Counted from the first letter of the whole stretch, positions 45,375-58,098 are shown. The stretch is DNA of 63,594 nt, filler included, from Thraustochytrium aureum (GCA_012862495.1; 5 parts of 4 records of this genome joined end to end with filler, not necessarily neighbours in it); one strand, 5' to 3'. Numbers and translations: made by a program. The notes: generated by a model from the sequence alone, not told the origin.

Positions 45375-47778
45375 CTTGCCGCCTCGGAGCTCGACCGCAG
45401 CCGCGCAGCCGACCGACCGAGGAAGGGAGGGAGGGAGAGAGGGAGAGGGGGGGGGGAGCCTCGGGCCGCGCCTCGCGTTCCACTGCCCGGCTCTGGCGTT
45501 CGGCCGACCTCGTCACCTGTGTCTTCCTGCCGATGCGGGTCTGCCTGGCCTTAGCTTGTCCAGTGTCTGCTGCTGCATTCGAGTCGCGCGCGCACCCAAT
45601 CAATCGCTTTGGAGCCTCTTCGTTTTCCAGCCCTTTGGCGTCGCACACAATCCGCATTGGATCGATGTATGTATGTGTAGAGTACCCCGCTCACAAAACC
45701 AACCAAAACAACCAAAACAATACTTGCGAAAAATACAAAAAATACAAAAAATACAAAAAATCAAAGAAAAGTTGACTTCAACCGAGTAGTAGAGTACCTA
45801 CTCGTACAGTCCAAGGCGCTGCCTGCCGCCGAGCGCCGCATCCATTCTCAGGCGCTGTCATGCAGAATCAACCAATCGCCCGCTCCAGGGATCCGAACAT
45901 ACATGCACGCAGCCGCACGCCTGCCTTCATTCCTTGACTCTCGCCGAGCGCTGCCTCCGTCCTGCTCGTCAGGCTCATCAGGCTCACGGGCAGGCGTTGT
46001 GCAGTGCATAGGGTAGTAAGTACCTACTCCACGGCCGAGTCGAGGTCAGCACTGCTCCTGCCTCCACTTGCCTTGCGCAGCGGCCGGTGGGAGCGCTGAA
46101 GCACACGCGCGGCGCGGGATCTCTCTCAGGCTCGCCCTCCCCTCGCTGTGCGGGCAGGAGAGAGCAGAGCGAGCGGCCGGGAGGAAGGAGCACACCGCGC
46201 GCCCATTCCCAGCCGATCAGTCGCTCTGGCATCCAAGCATGCATTGCAAGCTGGCTGGCTGGCCCTCTGCGGGCTGCGAGCTCGCCGGCCGGCTGCTCTC
46301 TGGCGGGAGCTNNNNNNNNNNNNNNNNNNNNNNNNNNNNNNNNNNNNNNNNNNNNNNNNNNNNNNNNNNNNNNNNNNNNNNNNNNNNNNNNNNNNNNNNN
46401 NNNNNNNNNNNNNNNNNNNNNNNNNNNNNNNNNNNNNNNNNNNNNNNNNNNNNNNNNNNNNNNNNNNNNNNNNNNNNNNNNNNNNNNNNNNNNNNNNNNG
46501 GCAGCAGCAGCAGCAGCAGCAGGCAGCAGCAGCGGCGCAGCTCGGTACGGGCGGCTGCTGTCGGATGGATGCATGTACTGGCAAGCGCCGTCGACCGCGC
46601 GGAGAAGGCGCTACCTGCTCGACAGTCCAGCTCCGGCCAAATTCGATGCACGCTGCGCCCTGGCGCGAAAAGGCCTCGCTAGCCACTTTACGCCCGCTCG
46701 CGCGCGACTCTCGGCGGGTTGCGGAGGGCGAGAGGGGGGCGAAATCCAAGCCAATCCAGGCCAACCCACCCATCCCGGGCTATCCCGGAAACCACCTGGG
46801 CGGCGCTCCTCAGTATCGTGCTCAGCGGTCACGCGGCGGAAGAACCACGCGCAGACCATCACGCGCGGGCGACGCAGAACCATTGGCCCACCACGGTGGC
46901 GCGAACGCAACAGCATCGGCACTGCCAGTGAGTTCGACCTCGAAGCTCAGTCCAGGATGTTGTTGTGACTGCATCGAGTACCCACGATGAGCGGGCGAGC
47001 GATGTTCTCGTCAGCGCAGCGGCTGACTGCGAGCTCGAGCTCAGATCAGGCCCCCGTGATCCCTCTTGTCTAGCTCGGCGCCACGCACGTCGCCAGGGAC
47101 CAGGGCTGTGCTGTCGCCGCAGCGAGAAGGGACACACGCACTTTTGAACGACCCTTTCTTGCCTGCCGGGGTGCCTGCCGGGGAGCGGTACCGCGTACCG
47201 TTTCGCCAAGCGCACGCGCTGGAGGGGCGAGGCTGGCCAAGTTGTTGGCCTTGCCGTGAGCCGGAGCGTGGTTTGAGCAAGTGGAAGAAAGGGAGGAAGA
47301 TGCATCAAGCGGGCGGGGCGGCTGGGCTGGCTCCGGCTGGCGAATGGTGCCGGAAACCCAAGTGCCGGCTGGCGGCGGCGAATTCGGTCGCGCGAGAGGC
47401 GCTCCCAAAGATTCCATGCCAGCTTGTGCGTTCATTGAAGGACGAGGCGCAACTTGCCATCCACTTTTGCCAGCTCCCCCACCCCCGCCTTTCCCGAGTT
47501 TGGTCGCGCAGCCACGCGCTGCCAGCGTGCTGCGCTGCATCATGCCAGTTGCTAGCACGAGCGCAAGTCGAGCGCGTCCGGCGCATCCGGCGCATCGAGC
47601 TGAGCAGCATCCATGGGCGCAGCTCCTCGACGCGGACAAGCCTCGGACATACCGGCAAGACATATGGGCAGGGCATCGTCGATGCTCGTCGGTGCGCTCA
47701 CCAGCGAGGTAGCGCAGTTGAAAGAGTGTCCTCCTGCGTCATGTCGCTGGCGCCGTGGCTAAGGGCGGCACCGAATGC

Positions 47779-47865
47779 GCCCGATGCAGCAGCAAGGCCG
47801 CCCTATGCAGCAGCAAGGCCGCCCGATGCAGCAGCAAGGCCGCCCGATGCAGCAGCAAGGCCGCC
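47779..47865. repeat. 21-bp tandem repeat, 4 copies
   Basis: GCCC(G/T)ATGCAGCAGCAAGGCC x4. Confidence 0.9.
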
Positions 47866-48129
47866 AGCGCCCCGCCGCGTGCAGGTGGCCTAGTCACCTC
47901 GGCTGGCGGCGGGAATGAACAAAGCTCGCCGAAGCCCTCCGAGCTCGCACGCCTCGCGACCCGCGCGCTGCTGGCGGGGCCGTGCGCGCTCTAGCTCTCG
48001 CCGCCCCGGGCGCTCTCCCTTCGGCGGCGGGCGCGCGCCACGACGCCAACCCTCGCTCGTCCAGCATTGATTGATTGATCCGTCTCGGTGGCGGTTGTTC
48101 CAAATGCGCAAAGCGCGGCGAAGTGCGCG

Positions 48130-50212
48130 ATGAGCTGCGTCCAGCTGGTGCGACAGGACGGCGCGGGCGGCCTCGAGCCGTGCCCCGACGGCCTCGCGGC
48201 GCTGCAGGCCGTTGAGGGCGAGGTCTGCGTCGTGTGCATTGTGAGTTCGATGGCGGGTTGGCGGCGCGCAACGCTGCGGATGCCGCCGGCGCGCGGCGGG
48301 CCTGCGGCGGCCGCGGACTGACTTGGCGAATGCGCCTCGATCGAAGGCGGGGCTGTACCGAAGCGGCAAGAGCCTGCTGCTCAACAGGCTCGCGGAGTGG
48401 CTCGGGTTTCAAGCCGGGTTCCAGGTGGGCAGCACGACACAAAGCTGCACGCGGGGCATCTGGATGTGCGTGCTGGGCCAGTACGTGCTGCTGGACACCG
48501 AGGGCCTGGCAAGCGTGGACCAGGACGAGACATACGACTGCAAAATATTCACGCTGGGCCTGCTGCTGAGCTCCTACTTTGTCTACAACTCGGTGGGCGT
48601 GATCGACGAGGCAGCCATTGACCGCCTCTACATGGTCGGCAAGATGGCCCAGGCCGTGTCCAAGAACAACAAGGTCGCCTTCTCGCTGCTCTGGGTGCTG
48701 CGCGACTTTAGCCTCAGCCTCGAAGACTTTGCCGACGACCCCAACGCCTACTTTGAAGACGCTCTGCAAGACCGCGCCAAGCGGGCCAGCAACACGCAGC
48801 GCCAAGAGCTGCGCCGCATCTTCCGCAGCCGCGAGTGCCGCACGCTAGTCCGGCCTATCACCGACGAACGCAAACTGCGCGAGCTGGACGGGTTGGGGCT
48901 GGACGGCCTGCGGCCAGAGTTTGTCGCCCAAATGCAAGACACCTTTCGCCTCATCCAGGACAACGCGCGCGTGAAAAAGCTCAATAATCACGCGCTCAGC
49001 GGCGCCCAGCTCGCCTCCTTCCTCACTTCGTGCGTCGAGGCAATCAACGGNNNNNNNNNNNNNNNNNNNNNNNNNNNNNNNNNNNNCGCCGAAAAGCTCT
49101 ACGACCAGTGCATGGCGCAGCTCCCAGAATGCGGGCCGCCCTCCTGGCGCGAGGTCGTTGCGGCGCACCTCGACGCGCGCACGCGGGCAGCCGAGCTCTT
49201 CCACGCGCCCGGCACCATCGATACCGCCAGCAAGGCGCTGTTTTTGCAACGCCTCGAGGAAACGCTCGCCGAGCGTCTCGTCGACCAGCTCTGGCCCCGC
49301 CTGTCTGACGCGAGCGCCAACGCGGCCCGGCGATACCTTGACGCGCGCCTTGGCGGCGGAGACCTGCGGGGAGCTGGCGACCTCCTTTCGGCCCTTGCCG
49401 CCCTCAGCTTTGACCGCGAGGAGGACGCCGGAAGCGGGGACAGTCCGCAGGACGCCGCCGAGTGGGCCGCGCTCGGCCCCGAGCGCGGCCAGGTCGCTGC
49501 TTCCACGCTCCTGCGGCGCACAGTCCAAGGCCAGCTATTGCCCCGCATCGACGCGCTCGAGCAAGAGCTCGCCGACTCGCAGCGCCGCCTCGACGCCGAG
49601 GCCCAAGCACACGCCAGCACGCGGGACCGCCTAGAGGCGACCAGCGCCGACCTGCAGCAAGAAAAGCTCCTGGGCGTCCGCGCCGAGGAGCGCCTGGCGA
49701 GCGCGGAGCGGGAGGCGCTGCTCGCAAGGGAGCGGGCCGAGCAGGCCCTGGGCGAAGCGCGCGAGCGCGAGGCCCGCTTGCACGAGGATCTAGCCCGTGA
49801 ACGGGACGCGCACGCAGAGTCCCGCCGCAAGCACGAGGCGGCCACTCAGGAGCTGCAGCGCGAGACCGCCAGGGTCGGCGAGGTCCACGCACAGCTCGCC
49901 GTCGAGCGAGACGCAGCGCAGCTCGCCCGGCAAGACGCCGACATGCTGCGCGACGAGTTCCAGGCGATCGTCTCGGCCGCCGGGCAGCAGCAGCAAGAAT
50001 TTGACGCAGAGCTCGCGCAGGGGCGCGCGACGGCCGCGCGCCTCGAGGTCGAGCTTTGCTTGGTCGACCTCGTACACCGCGTCGAAGCCGACACGCTTCA
50101 GCGCGAAAAGTCTCGCATTCAAGAAGAGCGCGCTGCGCTGCACGCCCAGCTGCAGACCTTTTACCTGCGCGCAAGCGAGCTACCCGAGTTTTTCCAAAGC
50201 GTGATTTGTTAG
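48130..50212 (+). CDS. Guanylate-binding protein (GBP/atlastin-family GTPase) with long C-terminal coiled coil; intron 48241-48346
   Basis: Exon 1 ends VCVVCI at a GTGAG donor. Exon 2 has GLYRSGKS, SCTRGIWM, LLDTEGL, LLSSYFVYNS, LWVLRDF. Confidence 0.9.
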
Positions 50213-50244
50213 GATGCATTCGATCTTGTTTGTGAGCGGCACCG

Positions 50245-50897
50245 TCACGGCGACGCGTCGACGGCCGGCTGCGCGCGGTAGTAGGCCATCGCGCGCGCGA
50301 GTTTGCCGACCTCGACGTTGTAGACCGGGTCGGTGGCCTTGAGCTGGTTGTCTGCGGCGCCCCACACCCTGGACCCGCCCTGCTGCGACACCGACAGCCC
50401 GCTCAGCGAGTAGCAAGTGTGGTACTGGTCGCGGTGCTTGTCCGGCTTGTCGCGCAGACCGCCCTCCTGAAACTGGCAGCACAAGAGCACGTACTGCTGC
50501 AGCCGGAGTTGCGCGCACACCAAGTCGCCGCCGTCCTCCTCGTCCGCCGTGACGGAACCCGCCGCCCCAGCGGCGGGCCTCGGCGGCACTGAGACCCCCA
50601 AGTAGGTCTTCAGCAGCGCCGGCGTGGCGCCCTGCCAGAACGAGTAGCACGAATCGACAAGCTTGTTGGTGCGCCCCTGGAACCCGCCCTCCAGGCGCAT
50701 CTGGCGCGCCGCGATCCAGTCCACGAATGCGTCAACGTCAATCGTGTCAAACCGCCCCAAGATGCACAGCGCCGCCAGCGCGCAAAACGCATACCCGCCG
50801 TGCGCCTCGTTTCCGGGCTCGCCGCCCATCCCGCCCTCGTACGTCTGGCAGCGCCCGACAAACTCGGCGCAGCCCTCGGTGAGCGCGGGCGTGAGGA
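50245..50897 (-). CDS. FNTB: Protein farnesyltransferase beta subunit (3' part)
   Basis: CQTYEGG, EAHGGYAFC, RQMRLEGGFQGRTNKLVDSCYSFWQG, GGLRDKP..RDQYHTCYSLSGLS. Confidence 0.93.
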
Positions 50898-51992
50898 NNN
50901 NNNNNNNNNNNNNNNNNNNNNNNNNNNNNNNNNNNNNNNNNNNNNNNNNNNNNNNNNNNNNNNNNNNNNNNNNNNNNNNNNNNNNNNNNNNNNNNNNNNN
51001 NNNNNNNNNNNNNNNNNNNNNNNNNNNNNNNNNNNNNNNNNNNNNNNNNNNNNNNNNNNNNNNNNNNNNNNNNNNNNNNNNNNNNNNNNNNNNNNNNNNN
51101 NNNNNNNNNNNNNNNNNNNNNNNNNNNNNNNNNNNNNNNNNNNNNNNNNNNNNNNNNNNNNNNNNNNNNNNNNNNNNNNNNNNNNNNNNNNNNNNNNNNN
51201 NNNNNNNNNNNNNNNNNNNNNNNNNNNNNNNNNNNNNNNNNNNNNNNNNNNNNNNNNNNNNNNNNNNNNNNNNNNNNNNNNNNNNNNNNNNNNNNNNNNN
51301 NNNNNNNNNNNNNNNNNNNNNNNNNNNNNNNNNNNNNNNNNNNNNNNNNNNNNNNNNNNNNNNNNNNNNNNNNNNNNNNNNNNNNNNNNNNNNNNNNNNN
51401 NNNNNNNNNNNNNNNNNNNNNNNNNNNNNNNNNNNNNNNNNNNNNNNNNNNNNNNNNNNNNNNNNNNNNNNNNNNNNNNNNNNNNNNNNNNNNNNNNNNN
51501 NNNNNNNNNNNNNNNNNNNNNNNNNNNNNNNNNNNNNNNNNNNNNNNNNNNNNNNNNNNNNNNNNNNNNNNNNNNNNNNNNNNNNNNNNNNNNNNNNNNN
51601 NNNNNNNNNNNNNNNNNNNNNNNNNNNNNNNNNNNNNNNNNNNNNNNNNNNNNNNNNNNNNNNNNNNNNNNNNNNNNNNNNNNNNNNNNNNNNNNNNNNN
51701 NNNNNNNNNNNNNNNNNNNNNNNNNNNNNNNNNNNNNNNNNNNNNNNNNNNNNNNNNNNNNNNNNNNNNNNNNNNNNNNNNNNNNNNNNNNNNNNNNNNN
51801 NNNNNNNNNNNNNNNNNNNNNNNNNNNNNNNNNNNNNNNNNNATCGTCGGCGGCCGGATGATGGCGAGGCGCTCGTGCAGCTGCGGCGAGCGAGCCTGAG
51901 AAGAGATGGAACGCGGGCGTGGTCCGCCTCGGGCGAAAGAGTTCTGGTGCGAATAGCCCTTTTCTATAGTCCCGCTTCGTGGCAAGTTGTAG

Positions 51993-52955
51993 CTATTCGC
52001 CTGGCGCAATAGAAGATGGCTTCGCAGAAGGCGGCCAGATAATCTTGAAGAAAACGAGAGCATACCACTGGAACTGTAAAATCGAGAGGGGAAAAGTGTA
52101 TGCCATCGCAAAGTGAAGCTGCGGCACAGTCGCGATAGCCATCGTGGCAACAGAACTTGCGATAGTGTTTTGGCGGAGGAGCTTCGCAAGCCGCTCTAGC
52201 TTCGCAGCCGTGGCCATCACTCTTTCCGCGATTTTCAGGGTTCGGTTCTCCACGCACTCATTCAGGTTCACTTGCTTGAGCCTCATCCCCGTCTCGCGCA
52301 GCTCGAGTGCAGTGTAGCCGAGCAGTGTCGGCACCAACATGGCCCCGGCGACGAGCTGGCACAGCGCAAAACTTGCATTGTTTATCGCGGCAACCACTGT
52401 CACGTTGTCATGGACGCCAAGCGCTGCATACGAGACGACTGCCGAGGCCCAGAGCAGCGTGGCAGACGTCGCCTGCAAAAGACGCTGGGGCTTTTGCTTG
52501 AGCTGCGGCAGCCGTGCGCTGCGGTCCGAGCGGAGAGCCATCTTTATGAATCGCAGGAAAAACCGGGACAGCATTGTCGACCCTGCGAGCGACAATGCAA
52601 CAATGCAAAGACCAGGCAGCCTGTCTCGTCCAAAGACGACCCCACCATATGGAGAAGAAAGCTTGATGACAGCGGCTGAAATCCCCGCCACCCCCGTGAC
52701 CATGGTTGACATCCACAGCACGCGGTCCTCTTGAACCGTCTCTGGCTCGCGGTTTGCGAGCCTCGCACGCAGGGTCCTCCATCTCAGCAGCGTGACAAGC
52801 AGCACGACTCCGCAGCCCGCGATCAGCGCGTACATGCCGACAACGATTGCTTCACTGATGACACACGACGAGCCTTCCGGAGGCCACACCGAGTCCCCAT
52901 ACGAGTGAAACCCGGGAGGGCAGGCCGCCGGGGCAAGGGTGCCAGCGGGCTCCAT
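51993..52955 (-). CDS. Orphan multi-pass (about 7 TM) membrane protein, copy A
   Basis: About seven hydrophobic segments, a Cys-containing N-terminus (CPPGFHSYGDSVWPPEGSSC) and a long loop between TM5 and TM6. A clear paralog lies ~1.5 kb away. Confidence 0.75.
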   Translation of the reverse strand: MEPAGTLAPAACPPGFHSYGDSVWPPEGSSCVISEAIVVGMYALIAGCGVVLLVTLLRWRTLRARLANREPETVQEDRVLWMSTMVTGVAGISAAVIKLSSPYGGVVFGRDRLPGLCIVALSLAGSTMLSRFFLRFIKMALRSDRSARLPQLKQKPQRLLQATSATLLWASAVVSYAALGVHDNVTVVAAINNASFALCQLVAGAMLVPTLLGYTALELRETGMRLKQVNLNECVENRTLKIAERVMATAAKLERLAKLLRQNTIASSVATMAIATVPQLHFAMAYTFPLSILQFQWYALVFFKIIWPPSAKPSSIAPGE

Positions 52956-54471
52956 TTCGCTTGGCGCTGTTCGATCGACTGGCTGCTGCCACGTCGACGC
53001 CGCGCTGGCCGGCCAACTGGTCAGAATGTGCCGTGGGAACTCACGAGCCATCCGTTCAACGGACAATTCTTGGCAATTCTGCGAGTGAAGCCACTCGCAG
53101 GAGCCGCTCTTGTGGCAGGCATTGGTTCGACCTTGGAGCCACGATCAGGTGTGAGGGATCTCTCAAGCGGCCTGTTTTCCACGAGACCGTGCAAGCCGTC
53201 CTTGGGAGCGTCGAGTCGGGCGCATCTTGAGCACGGAAAAGTCACGCAACGTTGTCGTTTCCCACCAGCAGAGCCACAAAGAAGTTGATGGAAGAAAAAA
53301 AGACAACGCTGGTGCTTGGCTGGTGCTACTCTTCAAAGCCAACGGCAACCTTGCACTGGTGAGCAGGAGAGACAACTTTTGGACGCCAATTGTCTCGCCG
53401 CCTTGTGATGGACGGCGTCACCAGCAGCGGGCAGCAGGCGCTCCTTGAGACTGGATTAGTGGTATCTGCGAGCGTCCTGCGGCGGGCTCGCAACCTGGGC
53501 CCAGGCAATCACTGACGTTTATTCAGCGACCACAGCCAAACGAAGGCACGCGGTGTCTCGTCGGGGAGCGAGCGAGCGAAATCTACTCGAGCGCTTGCCG
53601 CCGCCGCTCAGACGACTGCGCTTGTTGCCGTCGGACACGCCGAATCTGCACCTCCGCAGGCCCTGATCGCCGCCTCTTACCTCATAAAGACGCGCATCGG
53701 CCGCGTGGACAGGCTTGTGAAAACCGCCAAGGACTCGATGGCGAGAAGCGCAACGAGAATTCAGGACGGCAGGATTGATGTCATTCCTGCAAGCGCAGCC
53801 GACCGTCGACTACAGCGCATTGGCAAACTAGCTAGCTAGAGTCAGACCGAGAACGACTGAGGGAGGGCGTTGCGGCAACGAGATTCTGCTCAAGTCGCTG
53901 GTCGTCCAGCTTGTGAAGCTATCGAGTGCCAGGCGCGTTGGCAACGACGGAGACATGCAATCACGTCATTCCGCATAAATGAAAGCAAATGCGGCGTTTC
54001 GAGGGCCAAACCCTGTACAAATTGGGACAGGTTCCCCAAAGGCGCCAGCCCAGGGCAGGGCAACGGTTGTCGAGTCTTGCTCGCGCGCCGCGATTCGACC
54101 TTGTCATAGCTGGAGTGGATCAGCATCTGCACTTGAACGAATCTGATAGTTGTGCAAATGCAACGCACTGCGAATAGCCTCACGGTTCCATCGGAGATTT
54201 GCGCATTGAACAGTCAACCGTGGAAGCTTGGCAATAAGCATGCCAACGCGAGGATGCCGGGCCGCGCGATGACCTTTGGCTGTGCGCTAGCGCGGTTAGA
54301 AGGGCAGGTGGGTTTCGCAGCGTTGAGAACCGCAAGCTCTGCGCCTCTCAACCACTCAGGGCATACCCTGTCCGGGCCAGTGCGCTTGCTTGATCTCGTA
54401 CCCCAACCACACGGCGCCACGCAGCAAGTGCCAGAGCTACCAGAGCACGCCGTCGGCTCTTGGCGCTGCGC

Positions 54472-55416
54472 CTAGCCCGGTCTCACCGTCGCGGAGGCTC
54501 TCGAGGAAGGTGGCCAAATAACCTTGAGGAAGATCAAGGATATGATCTGAAACTGCGAAACTCCAAACGGAAAGACGTACGCCATGAGAAAGTGGAATTG
54601 AGGCGTTACACCGACCACGAGCATCGTAAGCGCACTGGTAGTCGTGGTTATGCGCACCACCACCGCGACGCGTTCGAGCCTCCACGCTACGGCTCGGACC
54701 TGGAGGATCATTGATTCTGCAGCATGGTCGCCGGCTTTCTTGGGGTCCGCGTCCTCAAGTCTTTGGGCAACCTCACGGAGCTCTGACGCCGTACACTTGA
54801 GCAGCGCAGGTACTAGCAGCCCTCCAGCAGCGAGTTGGCACCCGCACAAGGCACCCATGGGTGATGGATGCCACAATTGTGACGTTCTCGTGTAGGCCGA
54901 GCGAAGCATACGAAATGGTCACAACGATAGCATACATGGAGACTTTTGTTCCAAGCATGAGCCGCTCTGACGAGCCCGAGAGCTTTTCGCTCTGCGTCTT
55001 GTGGACTGCCCGACGCGCCATCTCGATGAAGCGTGAAAAGAGTGCGAAAGAAGGGCTGCGCACGACATGGTCATCATGATGATTCCCACACTTGGGAGCG
55101 CGTCGCGCCCAACGATCGCCTCGCCGTAGGGCATAGAAAGCTTTATCACAGCCGTTGTAAACCCGCCCAACCCAGTCAGAGTCGCCGTCGCCCACAAGAT
55201 GCGGTCTTCCCGGATCATCGCTGCAGTGCGACTGGCGAGCCTTTTGCGCAACACCATCCATCTGCTCGCCTCGACCAGCAAGGCCGTTGCGGAAATCAGC
55301 GCGAAGACGTACAATGCCTTGGTGGCGCTTTCGTTAATCGAGCAAGACTTCTCTGGCGGCCAAACCGCGTCTCCGTACGAGTGCATGCCTGCGGGGCAGC
55401 CTGACTCGGCCGCCAT
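54472..55416 (-). pseudogene. Orphan ~7TM protein, copy B, with two frameshifts (~55040, ~54860); pseudogene or assembly error
   Basis: Co-linear similarity to copy A across three frames: CPAGMHSYGDAVWPPEKSC, EDRILW, SRFIEMA, ENVTIVA, LLVPALL, PQFHFLMAYVFP, FLKVIWPPS. Confidence 0.65.
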
Positions 55417-56950
55417 CGTGTCGCCCGGGCCGATTGCCGGTGGGCCGCGCTTCGAAACCGACGCCACGCGGCCTACTCCGGGGCGCGAGGTACAGCTAGC
55501 TAACTCTAGCTAGCTACTCGACGTTGTTGCTGCTCTGGTGCGACCTCACCAGCTGTCGTCGGGCTGAGAAGCGGAGTTGCAACGGATAGGAAATGTGCTG
55601 TGCTGCTGGTGAAACGTCAACGTTGAACGCGACATGGGGTCGGGCAGGTCCGTTACCCGTTCAACAAGCAGGGGCAAGGCGCAGGTGGCAAAGAGCTTGC
55701 ATGATGAACCGCGGCAGCCTCACCCCACACAATACCGCTGCGCAAGGCCAAGCCGTATGTGCGCGAAGAAACGGCTGCGACCACGTCCTTGACGACGTCC
55801 TCCGGGCCGGCAAACGTTCAAATTAAATCTACAGGACATTCGGAGCGCTTCGAGTGCCGGGCAAAGAGTGGTGNNNNNNNNNNNNNNNNNNNNNNNNNNN
55901 NNNNNNNNNNNNNNNNNNNNNNNNNNNNNNNNNNNNNNNNNNNNNNNNNNNNNNNNNNNNNNNNNNNNNNNNNNNNNNNNNNNNNNNNNNNNNNNNNNNN
56001 NNNNNNNNNNNNNNNNNNNNNNNNNNNNNNNNNNNNNNNNNNNNNNNNNNNNNNNNNNNNNNNNNNNNNNNNNNNNNNNNNNNNNNNNNNNNNNNNNNNN
56101 NNNNNNNNNNNNNNNNNNNNNNNNNNNNNNNNNNNNNNNNNNNNNNNNNNNNNNNNNNNNNNNNNNNNNNNNNNNNNNNNNNNNNNNNNNNNNNNNNNNN
56201 NNNNNNNNNNNNNNNNNNNNNNNNNNNNNNNNNNNNNNNNNNNNNNNNNNNNNNNNNNNNNNNNNNNNNNNNNNNNNNNNNNNNNNNNNNNNNNNNNNNN
56301 NNNNNNNNNNNNNNNNNNNNNNNNNNNNNNNNNNNNNNNNNNNNNNNNNNNNNNNNNNNNNNNNNNNNNNNNNNNNNNNNNNNNNNNNNNNNNNNNNNNN
56401 NNNNNNNNNNNNNNNNNNNNNNNNNNNNNNNNNNNNNNNNNNNNNNNNNNNNNNNNNNNNNNNNNNNNNNNNNNNNNNNNNNNNNNNNNNNNNNNNNNNN
56501 NNNNNNNNNNNNNNNNNNNNNNNNNNNNNNNNNNNNNNNNNNNNNNNNNNNNNNNNNNNNNNNNNNNNNNNNNNNNNNNNNNNNNNNNNNNNNNNNNNNN
56601 NNNNNNNNNNNNNNNNNNNNNNNNNNNNNNNNNNNNNNNNNNNNNNNNNNNNNNNNNNNNNNNNNNNNNNNNNNNNNNNNNNNNNNNNNNNNNNNNNNNN
56701 NNNNNNNNNNNNNNNNNNNNNNNNNNNNNNNNNNNNNNNNNNNNNNNNNNNNNNNNNNNTAAACGCAGCGTTTGTTTGCCAAGTGCGAGCGAAAAGACGA
56801 GCGGACGGTCGGTCCTCCGTGGCCGCCGTCAACACAACCAAAACCCATTGGTGTTTCTCAACACCACTCCTGCACAACATACCCGAGCTTTCCCGCCCTG
56901 CGGACAGGCACCCTTGCGTAGACTTTTTCAAATTCTTTACCATGCGCTAC

Positions 56951-58045
56951 CTATGCGCTCTGCATAGCCCGAGCTGGCAGTTCAGTCAAGCGGCCCCCGT
57001 CGCTTTTTCTCGGCTTGACCGCCGCTCCGTTCACAATCCGAAGCGCCCCTGCAAGCGCTGTCTCCTCGACGCCCATCTCCACGCTAAAGTCGAAGGTGAC
57101 GAGGCGGGCCGCCGGCGACTTTTTGTCAGAGCAAAGGACGTGGAGGCAGGCCTCCGTCAGGGTTATGGCGTGCACCTCGTACCTGGTTGCCTGGGGCACG
57201 GGCATGCACAGAAAGTATAGCTGCTGACCCGAGTTGAGGTCCCAGAGGCGCACCGTGTTGTTGTGCGCGAGGGCCGTGGCGAGCAGGTTGGGCAGGTTGG
57301 GATGGAGCGCCACGAAAGTGCCGCTGCTGCCCTTTCCCATCCGGTGCAGGCAGGCCCCGGTAGCCAGATCAAAGACCTTGATCACTTCTTTCTTGATAAA
57401 CCTCTGCCACTCGAGGCCGACCACCATGTAAGAGTCGTTGGCGTCCATCGCTCTGACCGTGGCGGTGACAGCCTCCTCTGGATCCTGCTCCTCCGCGTCG
57501 CGCAGGGGCGGTCCGAAACGCGACCCGCTCGACAAGTTGACCACATCAGGCGTAAACTTCTCCCACAAAGAAAAGAAGAGCAGGGCTTCTCCAGAGCTGT
57601 GCCGCCGCGCAAGCACACGCGTCGTCGTGCGATAGGCCGAGATGCGCTTGCCGCGCTCAAAGTCGAACGCGCGCGACTCCGTGCCGGTCTGCAGGTCGAA
57701 GACCCGGATCCTAGCCACAGTCTCGGGCTCGCCGGGCCAGACGCCCACCATCTCCTTGGCGCCAGGGACGAGGGCAAGCGCGTCGCGGTTCACCGCACCC
57801 TTCCCGGTGACTGCCTCAACCGGCGCATCGAGCTCGAACGCAGATATGCTCGCGCCCGACTTGGCATCATAGACCAGCGCCACAGCCGCAAAGTCGTCGC
57901 CCTCCTGCGCCATCACTGCGACCACGAGAGCTTCGTCGACCAGCAATGCTATGCATCTTCGCGAGCTCGGCCTTGGCAGGTTGCCGTCCACACGTGGCTT
58001 GGCGGTCCACAAGGGGGTGCCGTGCCGCCGAGCTGCACGGCGCAA
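56951..58045 (-). CDS. WD40/beta-propeller-like protein (start uncertain)
   Basis: Blade-like motifs IRVFDLQTG, IKVFDLATGACLH, LLATALAHNNTVRLWDLNSGQQL. Confidence 0.7.
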   Translation of the reverse strand: MRRAARRHGTPLWTAKPRVDGNLPRPSSRRCIALLVDEALVVAVMAQEGDDFAAVALVYDAKSGASISAFELDAPVEAVTGKGAVNRDALALVPGAKEMVGVWPGEPETVARIRVFDLQTGTESRAFDFERGKRISAYRTTTRVLARRHSSGEALLFFSLWEKFTPDVVNLSSGSRFGPPLRDAEEQDPEEAVTATVRAMDANDSYMVVGLEWQRFIKKEVIKVFDLATGACLHRMGKGSSGTFVALHPNLPNLLATALAHNNTVRLWDLNSGQQLYFLCMPVPQATRYEVHAITLTEACLHVLCSDKKSPAARLVTFDFSVEMGVEETALAGALRIVNGAAVKPRKSDGGRLTELPARAMQSA

Positions 58046-58098
58046 AACTCGCCGTCGCTGCGCAGCACGACCTGGGGATCGCTCGCACTAGAGCAGAT

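Noticed and set aside
48130..50897. Functional coupling of GBP with the convergent farnesyltransferase beta gene (mammalian GBP1 is farnesylated)
   Set aside because: The GBP ends in ...QSVIC*, which is not a CaaX box. Tight tail-to-tail spacing is common in this compact genome.
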